Positions 42,144 through 55,630 of a stretch of DNA of 64,000 nucleotides are shown here, piece by piece. The position numbers and the translations under genes are program-made. The notes below the pieces were generated by a model. That model was given only the letters and a program-made list of their open reading frames with translations, did no database searches and was not told where the DNA came from. This DNA comes from Octopus vulgaris (lineage: Eukaryota), in NCBI GenBank assembly GCA_951406725.2, contig OX597828.1, forward strand, positions 45,198,001 through 45,262,000, written 5' to 3'. How positions within the stretch are numbered: position 1 is the stretch's first letter; each line of letters begins with the position of its first letter.

Positions 42144-42707
42144 GAAGTTTAGAGAAAAGCAAAAGACTAAGACAGATGTATGAATGACAAGTATGTTAGT
42201 TTGATGCTTGCAGGAAGTTAAAAAGTATTTTATGTTTTGAGCTTATGCACTTCAGCAGAAAGGAATACGAGAAAATAAACAGAGAGAAGGAAAGTGAAAA
42301 AAAACATAGATTTTAGCAGTCCAGCATGGTGTGAGTATCCACATAGATATATGAATGGATGCATGTGGCTAAGTCACAGTTGCTTGTGAACCATGAGGTC
42401 TTAGGTTTGATCCTATCATATGACATCTTGGAGCAACTCCAGTCTTGGGAGTATTTGAGTAGATGGAAGCAGTATTGTAGCTTGCCAGCTTAATTGCGTC
42501 TATCATTAAAAGGAATTTAGTAGAAGACACTCGCCCAAGGTGCCACGCAGTGGAACTGAACTCAGAACCATGTGATTCGTAAGCAAGCTACTTATCACAC
42601 AGCCACTCCAGTGCCTGTATATATTCATACACACACACACGTGCAAACACACACACACACACTCACACACATATTGGTATTTTAATATATATATATATAT
42701 ATACACA

Positions 42708-42791
42708 TATTCCTGATGAGAAGATTGCATAATGCACCCTTTATTCCTTTGGAATGAAAATATGCTGTCTTCGAAACATATGTCGAGAGTA
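42708..42791 (+). ncRNA. Type I hammerhead ribozyme motif with canonical core
   Basis: CTGATGA at 42713-42719; stem II GAAGA/TCTTC extended by GCATA/TATGC; GAAA at 42773; palindromic ACATATGT; GUC triplet (C at 42784); short stem I TTC/GAG. The module is TA-flanked. Confidence 0.8.
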
Positions 42792-42854
42792 AAGGAATTT
42801 TGTTAACATCTTCGTTCGACTCCATTCTTTCATTTATATATATATATATATATA

Positions 42855-43238
42855 CTAGCAGTATCGCCCGGCGTTGCTCAGGTTTGTAAGGGAAATAACT
42901 ATAAAGCATTTTTAGAGAGTTATAGCCAAAAAATAGCAAAAAAATGGAAAAAAAATGATGGTAAATTTTTTTTGAGGGATAAAAAAGGTGGAGTTGCGTC
43001 CCCTAGACGGTCTGTGGTTTGGGTTTCAGATTCTCGACCCCATGTCGAATTTATCGATCTTTTTCAGAACTGGGGGAACTTTTCAAAATTTTCGCTGCGT
43101 TAGTTTTGAATTATGACATTGGGCTATGTGTGTGTCAAGTTTCATCAGAATCGGTTGAAAGCCGTGGTCAGAGTGAGGGTACGAGAAAACAGACACACAG
43201 AAAACGCACAGACAAACTGCCGTTTATATAGAGAGAGA
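42855..43238 (-). mobile_element. Non-autonomous Helitron
   Basis: Minus strand starts A|TC.. and ends ..CTAG|T, with a subterminal GC-rich hairpin-like stretch (GCCCGGCGTTGCTCAGG on +). No TSD; inserted in (TA)n. Confidence 0.75.
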
Positions 43239-43244
43239 TATATA

Positions 43245-43460
43245 TATGATGGGGTGCTGAAAAGTTCCTGGCTTTAGGTAAAGGAAACACAGGAGGATCA
43301 GTTAATTATGATTTCATTCATCTTATTCCCCTCTCAGATTCACACATTTATTGCAGTGGTCCTTTAGTATTTCTAAGCCTTGTAAAAGTGCTTGGAAGTT
43401 TGGGCCTCCGGCCAAGCCTTTCATGATACCCTTAAAGCTAAGAACTTTTCTGCACCTCCA
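43245..43460. mobile_element. Tc1/mariner-type MITE, second copy
   Basis: GGGGTGCTGAAAAGTTCCTGGCTTTA / TAAAGCTAAGAACTTTTCTGCACCTC. Confidence 0.8.
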
Positions 43461-43462
43461 AA

Positions 43463-43662
43463 ATGTGACCTCATGTGTACCGTTGGCGATTTTTTCCTCT
43501 GTCATCCCTTCTCTGGATCTTTCCTGCTCCTATGTTTCCAACGAAGAGCTCCGCTCGAAACGTTAAACCCTCCTTCTTTCCTTCTTTCCTGAGCGTCCAA
43601 TAATACTATATTTGTTCCACGTCCTCGCGTTGTTGTGTTTTTTTGTGCTTTCTTGTTTGGAT

Positions 43663-43666
<4 letters not shown>
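43463..43666 (+). mobile_element. Family E element, second copy; hammerhead motif at 43534-43568 has a G5-to-A change
   Basis: Reverse complement of 12445-12649; the core reads CCAACGA. Confidence 0.8.
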
Positions 43667-43706
<40 letters not shown>

Positions 43707-44351
43707 TGTATGTGTCTATGTATATAATCTTTTCTACTCGAGGCACAAAGCCTGAAATTTTGGGGGAGGGTGCCAGTCGATTAGATCAACCCCAGTATGC
43801 AACTGGTGCTTTATTTATCAACCTCAAAGAGATGAAAGGTAAAGTTGACTTCGGCAGAATTTGAACTCGGAACATAAAGACAGACGAAATACTCTTAAGC
43901 ATTTCGCCCAGGGTGTTAACGTTTCTGCCAGCTCGCTGCCTTTGTCTATGTATATAATGTGTGATCTCTGGTGAAATGCTGCCTCGCCACTTTTAATGTA
44001 GCCTCCACTCAGTTGAAGGGCAGACATGTGGGCTACATGGTGATCTTAAAAGCTGTAATATGACAAGGACTAGAAAAGGCATCCAGTTGTAGAAGCTTTG
44101 TCAGAATAGATATTGGAGTATAATATTATTATCTTCAGACACAATGGAAGCTGTTAAGCTGTCCAGCATTTGCTAGCACAGAACATGGACATTGAATGAT
44201 AAATAATGATATAGATACATAGAGACACACAGTAAATATACAATATAGGAATGCAAAAAAAATTAGTTCTCAGGAAGTTATGTCATGATTGCTTACTAAG
44301 CAATTAAGTAAAAGAACCAAGTGTTATATAACTTTAAATATATATTTTGAT

Positions 44352-44668
44352 GTGAAGGCACAATAGCCCAGTGGTTAGGGCAGTGGACTCGCAGTCGGAG
44401 GATCACGGTTTCGATTCCCAGACCGCGTGATGTGTGTGTTTATTGAGCGCAAACACCTAATATCTCCTCGAGGCTCTGGCAGGAGGTGGCGGTGACCCCT
44501 GTTGTATTTTTTCGTCCCAACTTCCTCTCACTCTTTCTTTTTGTTTCTTGAGTAACTCTGTGATGGACTGATGTCCCATCCAGCGGGGGGTAACACATAT
44601 GCCATAGAAACTGGGAAACTGGGCCCATGAGCCTGGCTAGGCTTGAAAAGGGTGCATAAATAATAAAA
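44352..44668 (+). mobile_element. SINE family C with 12-bp TSD
   Basis: ATATATTTTGAT at 44340-44351 and 44669-44680; tRNA-like head. Confidence 0.85.
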
Positions 44669-44675
44669 ATATATT

Positions 44676-44701
44676 TTGATACAGTGTGACTTCATCTAAT
44701 G

Positions 44702-44784
<83 letters not shown>

Positions 44785-44818
44785 ATGTTATACATTAGAT
44801 GAAGTCACACTGTATCAA
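44676..44818. repeat. Perfect 28-bp inverted repeat enclosing (TA)n
   Basis: 44676-44703 is the exact reverse complement of 44791-44818. Confidence 0.9.
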
Positions 44819-44847
44819 TATATATATATATATATGAATAATATAAA

Positions 44848-44896
44848 TAATATATGAATATATGCATATATACATACATATGTGTACATACCTATG

Positions 44897-44935
<39 letters not shown>

Positions 44936-45259
44936 GCATATATGGGTACAGGACATCAAAAAAATGTTGGACACAATGAGAAAGAAAGCATAAAAACAAA
45001 AACACAGAAAACTTGCTTTTTTTCAAGCAATGAAAAAACAGAGAAACGAGACATACAACATAAATAATATTCCCCTTCGTCAGTTGTCCCTGTTTCATCT
45101 GAGTTCGTTTTCTATGTTTTTGTTTTTATGTTTTCGTTTCTCATTGTGTTCAACGTTTTTTTTTTTATGTCCTGTACCCTTATATGCATGTATATATATA
45201 CATATATATATGTAGGTATGTACATATATGTATGTATATATGAATATATTCATATATTA
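44848..45259. mobile_element. Fold-back element with ~160-bp imperfect inverted arms (Penelope-like tail-to-tail structure)
   Basis: 44848-45012 versus 45107-45259. The spacer has CTGACGAAGGGG on the minus strand. Confidence 0.75.
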
Positions 45260-45412
45260 CCTATATTATTATATGATCGAATGCTACACATCCTTTTCCA
45301 AGCAAGTTTTATCAATATCTATAATCTATATATATATATGTAAAAATAAATAAGTATATATATATAAATGAAAATATATATATATATATATATAAATGAA
45401 TATATATATAAA

Positions 45413-45509
<97 letters not shown>

Positions 45510-45514
45510 TCAAG

Positions 45515-45945
45515 ATGGTGAACTGGCAGAAACATTAGCAAGCCGGACGAAATGCTTAGTGGTATTTCGGCTGCTGCTATGTTCTGAGTTCAAATTCCGC
45601 TGAGGTCGACATTGCCTTTCATCCTTCCGGGGTTGATTAAATAAGTACCAGTAACGCACTGGGGGTCGATATAATCGACTTAATCCGTTTGTCTGTCCTT
45701 GTTTGTCCTCTCTGTGTTTAGCCTCTTGTGGGTAGTAAAGAAATAGGTATTTTATCTGCCATTCATTACATTCTGAGTTCAAACTCCACCGAGGTCGGCT
45801 TTGCCTTTCATCCGTTCGGGGTCGTTTAAATAAGTAACAGTTATGCACTGGGGTCGATGTAATCGACTGAATCCCTTCGTCTGGCCTTGTTTGCTCCTCT
45901 ATATTTAGCCCCTCCCCCTGCCCTGCGGGCAATAAAGAAATAAAT
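45515..45945 (+). mobile_element. SINE family B dimer
   Basis: The second unit starts at the internal GGTATT after AAAGAAATA. Confidence 0.9.
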
Positions 45946-46101
45946 ATATATGTGTAGGTCTTTCTCCTCTCTATTCAACCTGATGTGTCTGTATTTCTAT
46001 TTACGCAGTGACACATATACACACACATTTGCACACACGTTAATGCATACACTGGTGAACACCCACTTACGCATATACACTCACATGCATAAATATATAT
46101 A

Positions 46102-46145
<44 letters not shown>

Positions 46146-46467
46146 TGTATATACACACAATACATATGCTCACACACACAGACAGGTATAAACACATGCA
46201 GTCGCTAAAACTTACATATACACATATACACATACACTGATACAGTCACAAAAATACGAACATATCCACGTGCACACACACATACACACACACACACATA
46301 CACACGCACACACACACACACACACATACACACACACAAACTGACACAGAAAGCTTCAAGCTTCAATAGAGAATCCTGAGTTCTTATTAAACCTCCAACG
46401 AAGGCCATCTCTTACAGAAGCTTTGATTAAACAGCAGTTAGGAATCATGCACACACATGAACAACTA

Positions 46468-46542
<75 letters not shown>

Positions 46543-46824
46543 ACATGTATGTATGCAAGCTAGCTGTTTGTTCAGACATGTTAAAACCTATATAGATGCA
46601 GAGAGCTTCGTGTCATTCAAGCTGTACACCCTAATAAATATTGCTCTGTAAATACACATGCACACACACACGTGTGTGTGTATGTGTATATATGTATATA
46701 TATATTTACTACATACACACACACACACACACGTACATATATACTCACATATATATGGAGATATATTTGATACATATATATATTCATGTATATATATGTA
46801 TGTATATATGTATATATATGTATG

Positions 46825-46874
<50 letters not shown>

Positions 46875-46945
46875 CACACATATATGCATGTGTATGTATA
46901 TATATATGTATATATAGTCTCTTGTGAACTTCCTTTCTCTCTCTC

Positions 46946-46986
<41 letters not shown>

Positions 46987-47524
46987 CTCTTTCTTTCTCT
47001 CGCATATCTGTGTGTGTACATATATGTAGATATATATATATAGAGAGAGAGAGATAGATAGATACTCTATGTATATAGTAATGTATAAAAAGAAAACATA
47101 TACCCGCACATATATACACACACCCAACCACATATACACCCCAACCCCAACAGACACACACATACACACACACACACACAACCGTATGTATATTATAACA
47201 GGAAAAAATTTATGTGACAGTATAGCCACACACAGACTCTCAAAGGGAAATATATGGAGTTGTATAAATGAGACAAAAGAGGCAATAAGGAGCAATTAGG
47301 CTATCAATATGTAACTGAAAATAGCCATAATGTGACACTTATACAGAAAATATTACATGGGAAAAGCAACTACCCAAAAATATCTTCAAGTTACCACCTA
47401 CCTCCCATTGTGACATCGTGGTGGTGTTACCACATTGTAAAATGTGATCTGCAGGAAAGCCAGCCCAGGTATAAATATAGACAATTTGACTCTATTACTG
47501 AATGCTTAAATGTCAACACATATA

Positions 47525-47935
47525 GGCGCAGGAGTGGCTGTGTGGTAAGTAGCTTGCTAACCAACCACATGGTTCCAGGTTTAAGTCCCACTGCGTGGAA
47601 TCTTGGGCAAGTGTCTTCTGCTATAGCCCCGGGCCGACCAATGCCTTGTGAGTGGATTTGGTAGACGGAAACTGAAAGAAGCCTGTCGTATATATGTATA
47701 TAGATATTTGTATGTGTGTGTGTTTGTGTGTCTGTGTTTGTCCCCCTAGCATTGTTTGACAACCGATGCTGGTGTGTTTACGTCCCCCGTCACTTAGCGG
47801 TTCGGCAAAAAAGACTGATAGAATAAGTACTGGGCTTACAACGAATAAGTCCCGGGGTCGATTTGCTTGACTAAAGGCGGTGCTCCAGCATGGCCGCAGT
47901 GAAATGACTGAAACAAGTAAAAGAGTAAAAGAGTA
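47525..47935 (+). mobile_element. Full-length SINE family A
   Basis: GGCGCAGGAGTGGCTGTGTGGTAAG head through the GTAAAAGAGTAAAAGAGTA tail. Confidence 0.9.
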
Positions 47936-47982
47936 TAATGTTGGTGAAGTATACCTATAAAAAATCTTTGGTCAAGTAGATG

Positions 47983-48858
47983 TACGTAGACTGATCAGTA
48001 AGTATCCGGACTGTTGCCATAGTAACGAAGCTAAATCACACAGAGTAAAGCCACTTGGCACAGATTGACCCTGAGGTCTGTTGTCCATGCACATTAAGTG
48101 TTAACATTCTATCTCACTTCTGCTGTTTACAGCCGTGCTTGGAAATAACATGTATAGGGTTTGTTTGTCACATTGAATATGATAGAGTAAGTTGAGCAGA
48201 GAATCTGCATCAAATTTTGCCAAAAGCTTGGTGATATCTGCTCAATGGCCTGCACAAAGTTTTCAAAAAGCTTTCATCATTCTCGACACAATCAAAGAGA
48301 TCTTATGTAACTGAAGCTCGAGTGCCTTTCCAATCTAGTGAAAGCAGTTTTGGCACAATTTGGCAGGCATGCGTCTCCTACCTAAATCTTCAGTGATAAT
48401 GGACTGAACTGAACCTTAACTAATCTGTACATCCTCTGATAACTCACGGATGGTGATTCGACGATTTCCCCTCAAAGCTGCATACACATCTGTTTTTCTC
48501 ACTTCTGTTAGTTGCGGGTCTCCCAGAACATTTGTCAATATCGACAGTTTTGTTCGGCCATCTTGGAAACATCTGAACCACTCCTACACTTGTGTGCAGC
48601 TCATACATTCCTCTCCATACACTTTCTGCAACTTTGCACAGGCTTCTGAGCAGGTATCGCCCTGACAGCTTTCACTGTCATGGCCAATGCTGCAATCACA
48701 CACTACACACCTTCCTTCCAAGTACTGCTGTAAACAGCAGAAATGAGCTAGAATGTTAAAACTGGTTGTGCATGTACAGCAGATTTCAAGGTCGATCTTT
48801 GCCAAGCAGTTTCACTCTGCATGCTTTAGTTTCATTATTATCGCAATAGTCTGGATAT
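47983..48858. mobile_element. Mariner deletion derivative with two inverted 5' ends and transposase N-terminal relics
   Basis: Plus strand: EQRICIKFCQKLGD. Minus strand: GDTCSEACAKLQKVYGEECMS.TQV.EWF..FQDGR..NRRITIRELSE. The arms 48002-48260 and 48635-48857 are inverted homologues. Confidence 0.8.
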
Positions 48859-49670
48859 GCATACATACGTGTATACATATATGCATGCATTCATACATAC
48901 ATATATACATACATGCATACATACATACATACATACATTCATGTATACATACAGGAAAAATCCATACAAGCACATATACATATGTAAGTGCATTCATACA
49001 TGCATGTGTACATGCATACATGAATACATACATATATACATGCATACATACAAGCATACGTACATACATACATACATACATACATACATACATGCATACA
49101 TATATGCATACATACATACATACATACATACATACATACATACATACAAACATATAAACATACATGCATACATACATACATAACTTGATATGTAGCTATA
49201 TGCATGAGAATACATACATAAAGCAAAACATTAAAATCTGCACATATACATACATGCAAAAATACCTTGTTGTTGATGTTGACATACCAACTTGGATCTA
49301 AGTTATAAACTGGTTCTTTCTCTGTTGATGAGAAATCTTTTAATAAAACTGAACAATGACATACATGCATACATACATATATGCATACATACATATATGC
49401 ATACATACATATATGCATACATACATATATGCATACATATATATATGCATACATATATACATACATACATACATGCATACAAACATACATACAAACATAC
49501 ATACATACATACATACATAATGCACATACATGCATGCATACATACATACATACATACATACATGGATGCATGCATGCATGCATACATACATACATACATA
49601 CATACATACATACATACATACATACATACATACATACATACATACATACATACATACATACATACATACT
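48858..49670. repeat. (TACA)n-type microsatellite arrays
   Basis: Directly visible, interrupted at about 49200-49360. Confidence 0.95.
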
Positions 49671-50620
49671 GCACACATACGTATCCGATATAGCTACTTA
49701 AAGCTGTCTAAATTGCAAAGCAGGAGTCATTTTTCTTTACTGCAAACTGTCAAATTTTGTCTATTGGTGAGAAATTTAGAAAAGGAAACCCAGAAGACTA
49801 TAGTACCTTCTTTTCCTCTCCCCAACACTGCCCCAGACACCTACCGACACTTCATACAACCGTTGTGACATCAGGAGAATAAATATCAGTCACAGAAACA
49901 ATGCCAGGCCTTGGTGCCAAATATTTCAATATAACGGTTTACTAGAAGAAGTGGAACAACACAAAGTCAAACAATAGACGAAAGCCGTGAAGACATGAAA
50001 TGTATCTAGCGGAACTTCTGAAACGACAAATCAACTTACATCGTGAATGGTTTATTAAGATTCTTTTGATTGCGAATTGACTTTAAATAAATATTCAATG
50101 TGATGCCACTTCCGAAAAGTTTTCCAAAGAATTTTTGAATCTGTATGTCCAAATCCTTGCTGTAATACTTCAATAGACAGATCGTGATTGGATATTGAAG
50201 GAGATCCGAAAATATATTGTGTGTATTGGAAGAGGAGGAGACGGGGGGGAAGGAGGAGAGGTGAAGCGTAAAGAGAGAGGAAGAGAGTGAAGGCAGGAGG
50301 GAGGAAAACGGAAATATCTTCTTGCACAGAGGGATATTACTTTTGGATTAACATCAATTTGTACAGATATTCACAGGCTGTAAACAGATGGACACAGATG
50401 CAACAAAGGTACATACATATAGACATATACAAACACACAGACACACATATGTGTGCACATACACATACACACACACACATACTTTTTCTTTCTATCTTTC
50501 TCTCTCTCTCACACACGCACACACACATATACACATACATACTCTTACACAAATATGTATAGAGGCAGGCATTAAACATATATAAAGACATGGACACACA
50601 TGCACAGAAGGACATACACA

Positions 50621-50655
<35 letters not shown>

Positions 50656-50911
50656 ATAAGCATATAGGTTTCAAATTTTGGCACCAGGCCAGCAATTTCA
50701 GGGAAGGGGTTAGGTTGGTTACATCGAACCCAGTACTTGACCAGTACTAATCTTATCGACACTAAAAAGATGGAAAGCAAAGCCAACCTCAGCAGAATTT
50801 GAACCCAGAATGTAAAGATAGATGAAATATTGTTAAGCACTTTTCCCAGTGTGCTAACAGTTCTGCCAGCTCAACATATATATATACATACATACATACA
50901 TACACACACAC

Positions 50912-50951
<40 letters not shown>

Positions 50952-51167
50952 AAATTAGAGACAAAACCACTATTATGCAAATCAAACAAAGAAAGACTTA
51001 AGCCAATACATAAAATAATTTATATAAATTAAAATTTAACAAATGAATATATTATATTATTATTATAATAATGAATTTATTATAATATAATATTTTACTA
51101 TAAATTGGATTCAATCTTAAATCTGATTTTTCCTTGTAAATTTGGATTTATTCCCTAATATCTATTA

Positions 51168-51216
<49 letters not shown>

Positions 51217-51516
51217 CATACATATATATGTACAAATTTAATTATACCAAGGATCTAAGTCTGTCAAAGGTCAACCAACACATTGGACTGTAATTCCTTT
51301 CTGGAAAATTCTCCTCAAAGAAATACCTAATTAATTAGTTTCAATGTGAATATCTTAATTTAATTTAATTTAATTTAATTTCTCTAATTAAATTTTTTGG
51401 CTATGGAAACAGCTGTAGGGATAAGAATTTCATATTATATTGATTTGAATATTTTTGAATAAACTGATGTCTATTTGTCAATTTCTCCATTTTCTTCTTT
51501 TCCTCATTCATATATA

Positions 51517-51960
51517 TATCATCATCATCATCATCATTGTTTAACGTCCGTTTTCCGCACTAATACGAGTTGGACGGTTCGACCGGGGTCTGGGAAACCA
51601 GGGTCTGCACCAGGCTCCAGTCTGATCTGGCAGTGTTTCTACAGCTGGATGCCCTTCCTAACGCCAACCACTCCGCGAGTGTAGCGGGTGCTTTTTACAT
51701 GCCACCTGCACAGGTGCCAGGGGGGTCTGGCATCGGCCACGATCGGTTGGTGTTTTTAACGTGCCACCGGCACAGAAGCCAGTCGAGGCAGCACTGGCAT
51801 CGGCCACGTTCGGATGGTGCTTTTTATGTGCCACCGGCACAGAAGCCAGTCGAGGCGGCGCTGGCATCGGCCACGTTCAGATGGTGCTTCTTATGTGCCA
51901 ACGGCACAGAAACCAGTCGAGGCGGTGCTGGCAACGGCCATGTTCGGATGGTGCGGTTGG
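51517..51960 (-). mobile_element. Family D retroposon with four ~65-bp tandem units
   Basis: GTGCCACCGGCACAGAAGCCAGTCGAGGC units and the conserved terminus. Confidence 0.9.
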
Positions 51961-52459
51961 ATGTATATATATACACACACACACAGGTGCACATGCACAC
52001 ACATACACACTTACAAAGACATGCAAACCATTTAGCAAATTGTAATGAAATACTGTATTACTTACAGTACAAATGGTCTAATTAGATAACATCTAGGTCC
52101 TGGAATCTCTCTACACATCCACAGTTTTTGTCACTTACACATTAACCCCAAGTGAATGAAAGGTAATGTTGACTTTAGCTGAATTTGAACTCAAAATGTA
52201 ATGCTCAAAGAAATGCTGGCTGCCCATGATTCTGCCAGCTTGCTGCTGTGTATACATGTGTACCTACATGTTTCTCATCTCTCCATCTCTCTTTTGTTCT
52301 GTACACACACATTCACACACACACAAATGCACAGACACATACAAACACACACAACACACATACAAACATGCTCATACACACACTTACACACGTGTATATA
52401 TATATATATGTGTTGGGGGAAAGATAGACAGAGAGAAAGGAGGAGAAAGAGAGAAAGAT

Positions 52460-52677
52460 GGACAGACGGGCAGGAAGGCAGACACACAGACAAGCAGGCA
52501 GGCAGACCGGCGGACAGACAGACAGACGGACGGACGGACGGACGGACAGACATACATGCATACAGATAGAGATAGACAGATGAATAGAGATAGATAGACA
52601 GATGAACAGGATGGATGGATGGATGGATGGATGGATGGATGGATGGATGGATGGGCGGATGGATGGGCGGATGGACG

Positions 52678-52739
<62 letters not shown>

Positions 52740-52812
52740 AAGAAAGATAGATAGATAGATGAATGGATGGATGGATGGATGGATAGACAGACAGACAGAC
52801 AGACAGATAGAC

Positions 52813-52882
<70 letters not shown>

Positions 52883-52912
52883 GCAGGCAGGCAGACAGAC
52901 TCACAGGCAGGC

Positions 52913-52991
<79 letters not shown>

Positions 52992-53015
52992 AATAGATAG
53001 ATAAATAGATAGATA
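52460..53015. repeat. Compound GACA/GATG/GATA tetranucleotide microsatellite
   Basis: Directly visible. Confidence 0.95.
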
Positions 53016-53254
53016 GCTAGGTTGTTTGATTGATATTTCAGCTAATCTTCCGGATATTTGCAGTAGGGTAAACAATCTAAAGTGGTAGTAAATAACACAA
53101 TAGAAGGATGCAGAGAAATATTTTATGAATTTCATTCTTTAAACTGCAATTGGAAAGACTACAGCTATGAGTTTTATGTTTAAATAATTCCTAAGTAAAC
53201 AAGAAAATCAATGATAGAAACTTGCTTTTTATATACAATAACATTTAAAGGTCA

Positions 53255-53478
53255 TTAACCCTTTTATGGACAAATTTCTGTTGAAATGCATTGCTTTTGT
53301 TTTAATTAATTTTGAAAAAGTACTAAAAGAATTTAGTAAAATAATTTTATCACAGTTACACAGGTATTCGGAGCTTGAATTAATATGATGGATGGTTTTC
53401 ATTTAAATCCCATTAAATCAGGAAGTTTATATCATAGGATCAAAGAAGTCTCGAGTGGTTTGGCGTCAAATAGATTAA
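53255..53478. mobile_element. Possible piggyBac-type MITE (TTAA-bounded)
   Basis: TTAA|CCCTTTT start and a degenerate AAATAGA|TTAA end. A related partial inverted copy lies at ~35389-35520. Confidence 0.45.
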
Positions 53479-53904
53479 ATATGGATGTTGATAATTCTTT
53501 CTACAATAGGCATGTGACCTGAAATTTTTGGGTAGGTAGGGGAATGCCAGTCAATCCCGTTGATCCTAGTGCATGACTGATATTTATTGAATTGGCCCTG
53601 GTAAGATGAATGGCAAAGCTGAACACAGTGGGAATTGAACCCAGAACGTAGGGATGGATGCAATGCCGTTAATCATTTTGTCCAGCGCAGTAATGCTTCC
53701 ACCAGTTTGCTGCCTTGTTGTACAAATGTGCAGCATACCCATCGTGCTTGCCTGGATTATCTCAGGGCTAAATATAAAGGGCCGAAAGGGATGAAGTGGG
53801 CTGCTGTGACGCATGCACAAAACACAACAGCCCTTACCGGAAGGCATATAACAAGACCCTACCTCTTTTCTCTTTTGGGCAGTCAGCTCGCCAACTGGCC
53901 ACAA

Positions 53905-54150
53905 CTAAAGACGAAGGCAGGTTTAAGAAAATAAACAAAAGACGAAGGCAGGTTTACGAAAATAAACAAAAGACGAAGGCAGGTGGAGTACAAACAAACA
54001 ATGTATTAGTTTGGCGCTCAGGAATAGAAATAAAACTAGTCTTTTACGTTTCGAGCCTACGCTCTTCGACAGAAAGATATACAGAAAAGAAACAAGGAGA
54101 GAAACAAGGAGAGAAAAAAAATGCATGCAGGAGCTAACGATCCAACATAG
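53905..54150 (-). mobile_element. Penelope-pLTR-like short element with a 31-bp tandem duplication
   Basis: AAAGACGAAGGCAGGT x3 (53907-53984); homologous to 6652-6845 and 42140-42335. Confidence 0.65.
54040..54077 (-). ncRNA. Minimal type I hammerhead-like motif (A6U core variant)
   Basis: UCUUU-CUGUCGA-A-GAGC(GUAG)GCUC-GAAA-CG-UA-AAAGA; 5-bp stem I. Confidence 0.6.
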
Positions 54151-54599
54151 CGTTCTAGAATAGATACATGGATTGGAATTTTGAGGGAGAGAACTAGTCA
54201 ATTACATCAACTAGTATTTATTTTATCAACTCTGATAAGATAAAAGGCAAAGTCGAGCATGGTAGAAATTGAACTCAAAACATACAGATAGACAAAATGT
54301 TACTAAACATTTTGCCCAGCTGGGTAATGCTTCTGTTAACTCACCATCTTGTTATACAGATGTTAGCAATATAAACACTTTACAGTTCTATAGTTAAGGG
54401 ATGACGAATTATGTACACTATTTATATTATTTATATTATTTACATTCGACCCACTAAAGTAGATTCTGGAAGAAGTGGTTAAGGCTGTCCTTAGAGGGGT
54501 GAATTTTGTGATGAAAATAAAAGGAATGTGATAACTGGGGAGATATGGCATGAGAAAGAATTCGCATCATGCAGGAAGGCATGGAGAAAAATGGACATG

Positions 54600-55275
54600 G
54601 TGATGTTGGGGGTGGTGATAATGATGACAGTCATGATGATGATGATGTATGTTGGTGATGACAAAGGCAAAGATGAGGAACAGGATGAGGAAAAATGACA
54701 ATGACAATGACGTCGATGGTAATGGTAGTGGAGGTAGTGACGAGGATGATGATGCTGGAAATGGTAGTGGTGGTGGTGGTGGTGGAGGTGGAGGTGGAGG
54801 TAGCAGTGGTGTTACTGATGATGGTGATTATGGTGGTGGTGGTGGTGGTGGTGGTGGTTGTGCTGATGATGAAGATGACGCTATGACAACAATAACGACA
54901 ATAATGAGGACAAGGTTGAGGATGATGATGACGATGATAAGAATGAAGACCACAGCAATAGTGATGGTGGTAGTGGTAGTGGAAATGGTGCAGGTGGCGA
55001 TGAAGATGATGGTAAAAACGATGCTCACAGTGGTGGTGATGATCAGGATGATGACAACGATGAAAATAATGACAATGATGATAATCGTCATCATCATCAT
55101 CATCATAATCTTGATGATGATGGTAATGCTGGTGTTGGTGTTGTTGTTTTTGTTGTTGCTGTTGGTGGTGGTGGTGGTGATGATTGTCGCTCTGGTGGTG
55201 GCGGCAGTGATTGTGATGATGGTGATGATGCTGATGATGATGATGATGAGGAAGAGGAGGATTATGATGAGGATT

Positions 55276-55317
<42 letters not shown>

Positions 55318-55630
55318 GTGGTGATGATGGTGGTGGTGGTGGTGGTGGTGGTGGTGGTGGTGGTGATGATGAGGAGGATGATGGCGATGATGATGATAAT
55401 GATGCTGGTGATGATGGTGGTGGTGGTGGTGGTGGTGGTGGTTGTGGTGGTGGTGGTGGTTGTGGTGGTGGTGGTGATGATGAGGAGGATGATGGTGATG
55501 ATGATGATAATGATGGTGGTGATGGTGGTGGTGGTGGTGGTGGTGGTGGTGGTGGTGGTGGTGGTTGTGGTGGTTGTGGTGGTGGTGATGATGATTATGA
55601 TGATGATGATGATGATGATTACAATGACAA
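54600..55630. repeat. (GAT/GGT)n low-complexity array
   Basis: Directly visible; accounts for the 378-aa and 274-aa ORFs. Confidence 0.95.

Noticed and set aside
53635-53934. 99-aa non-repetitive-looking ORF
   Set aside because: It begins inside a SINE B relic, ends inside another repeat and shows no recognisable domain.
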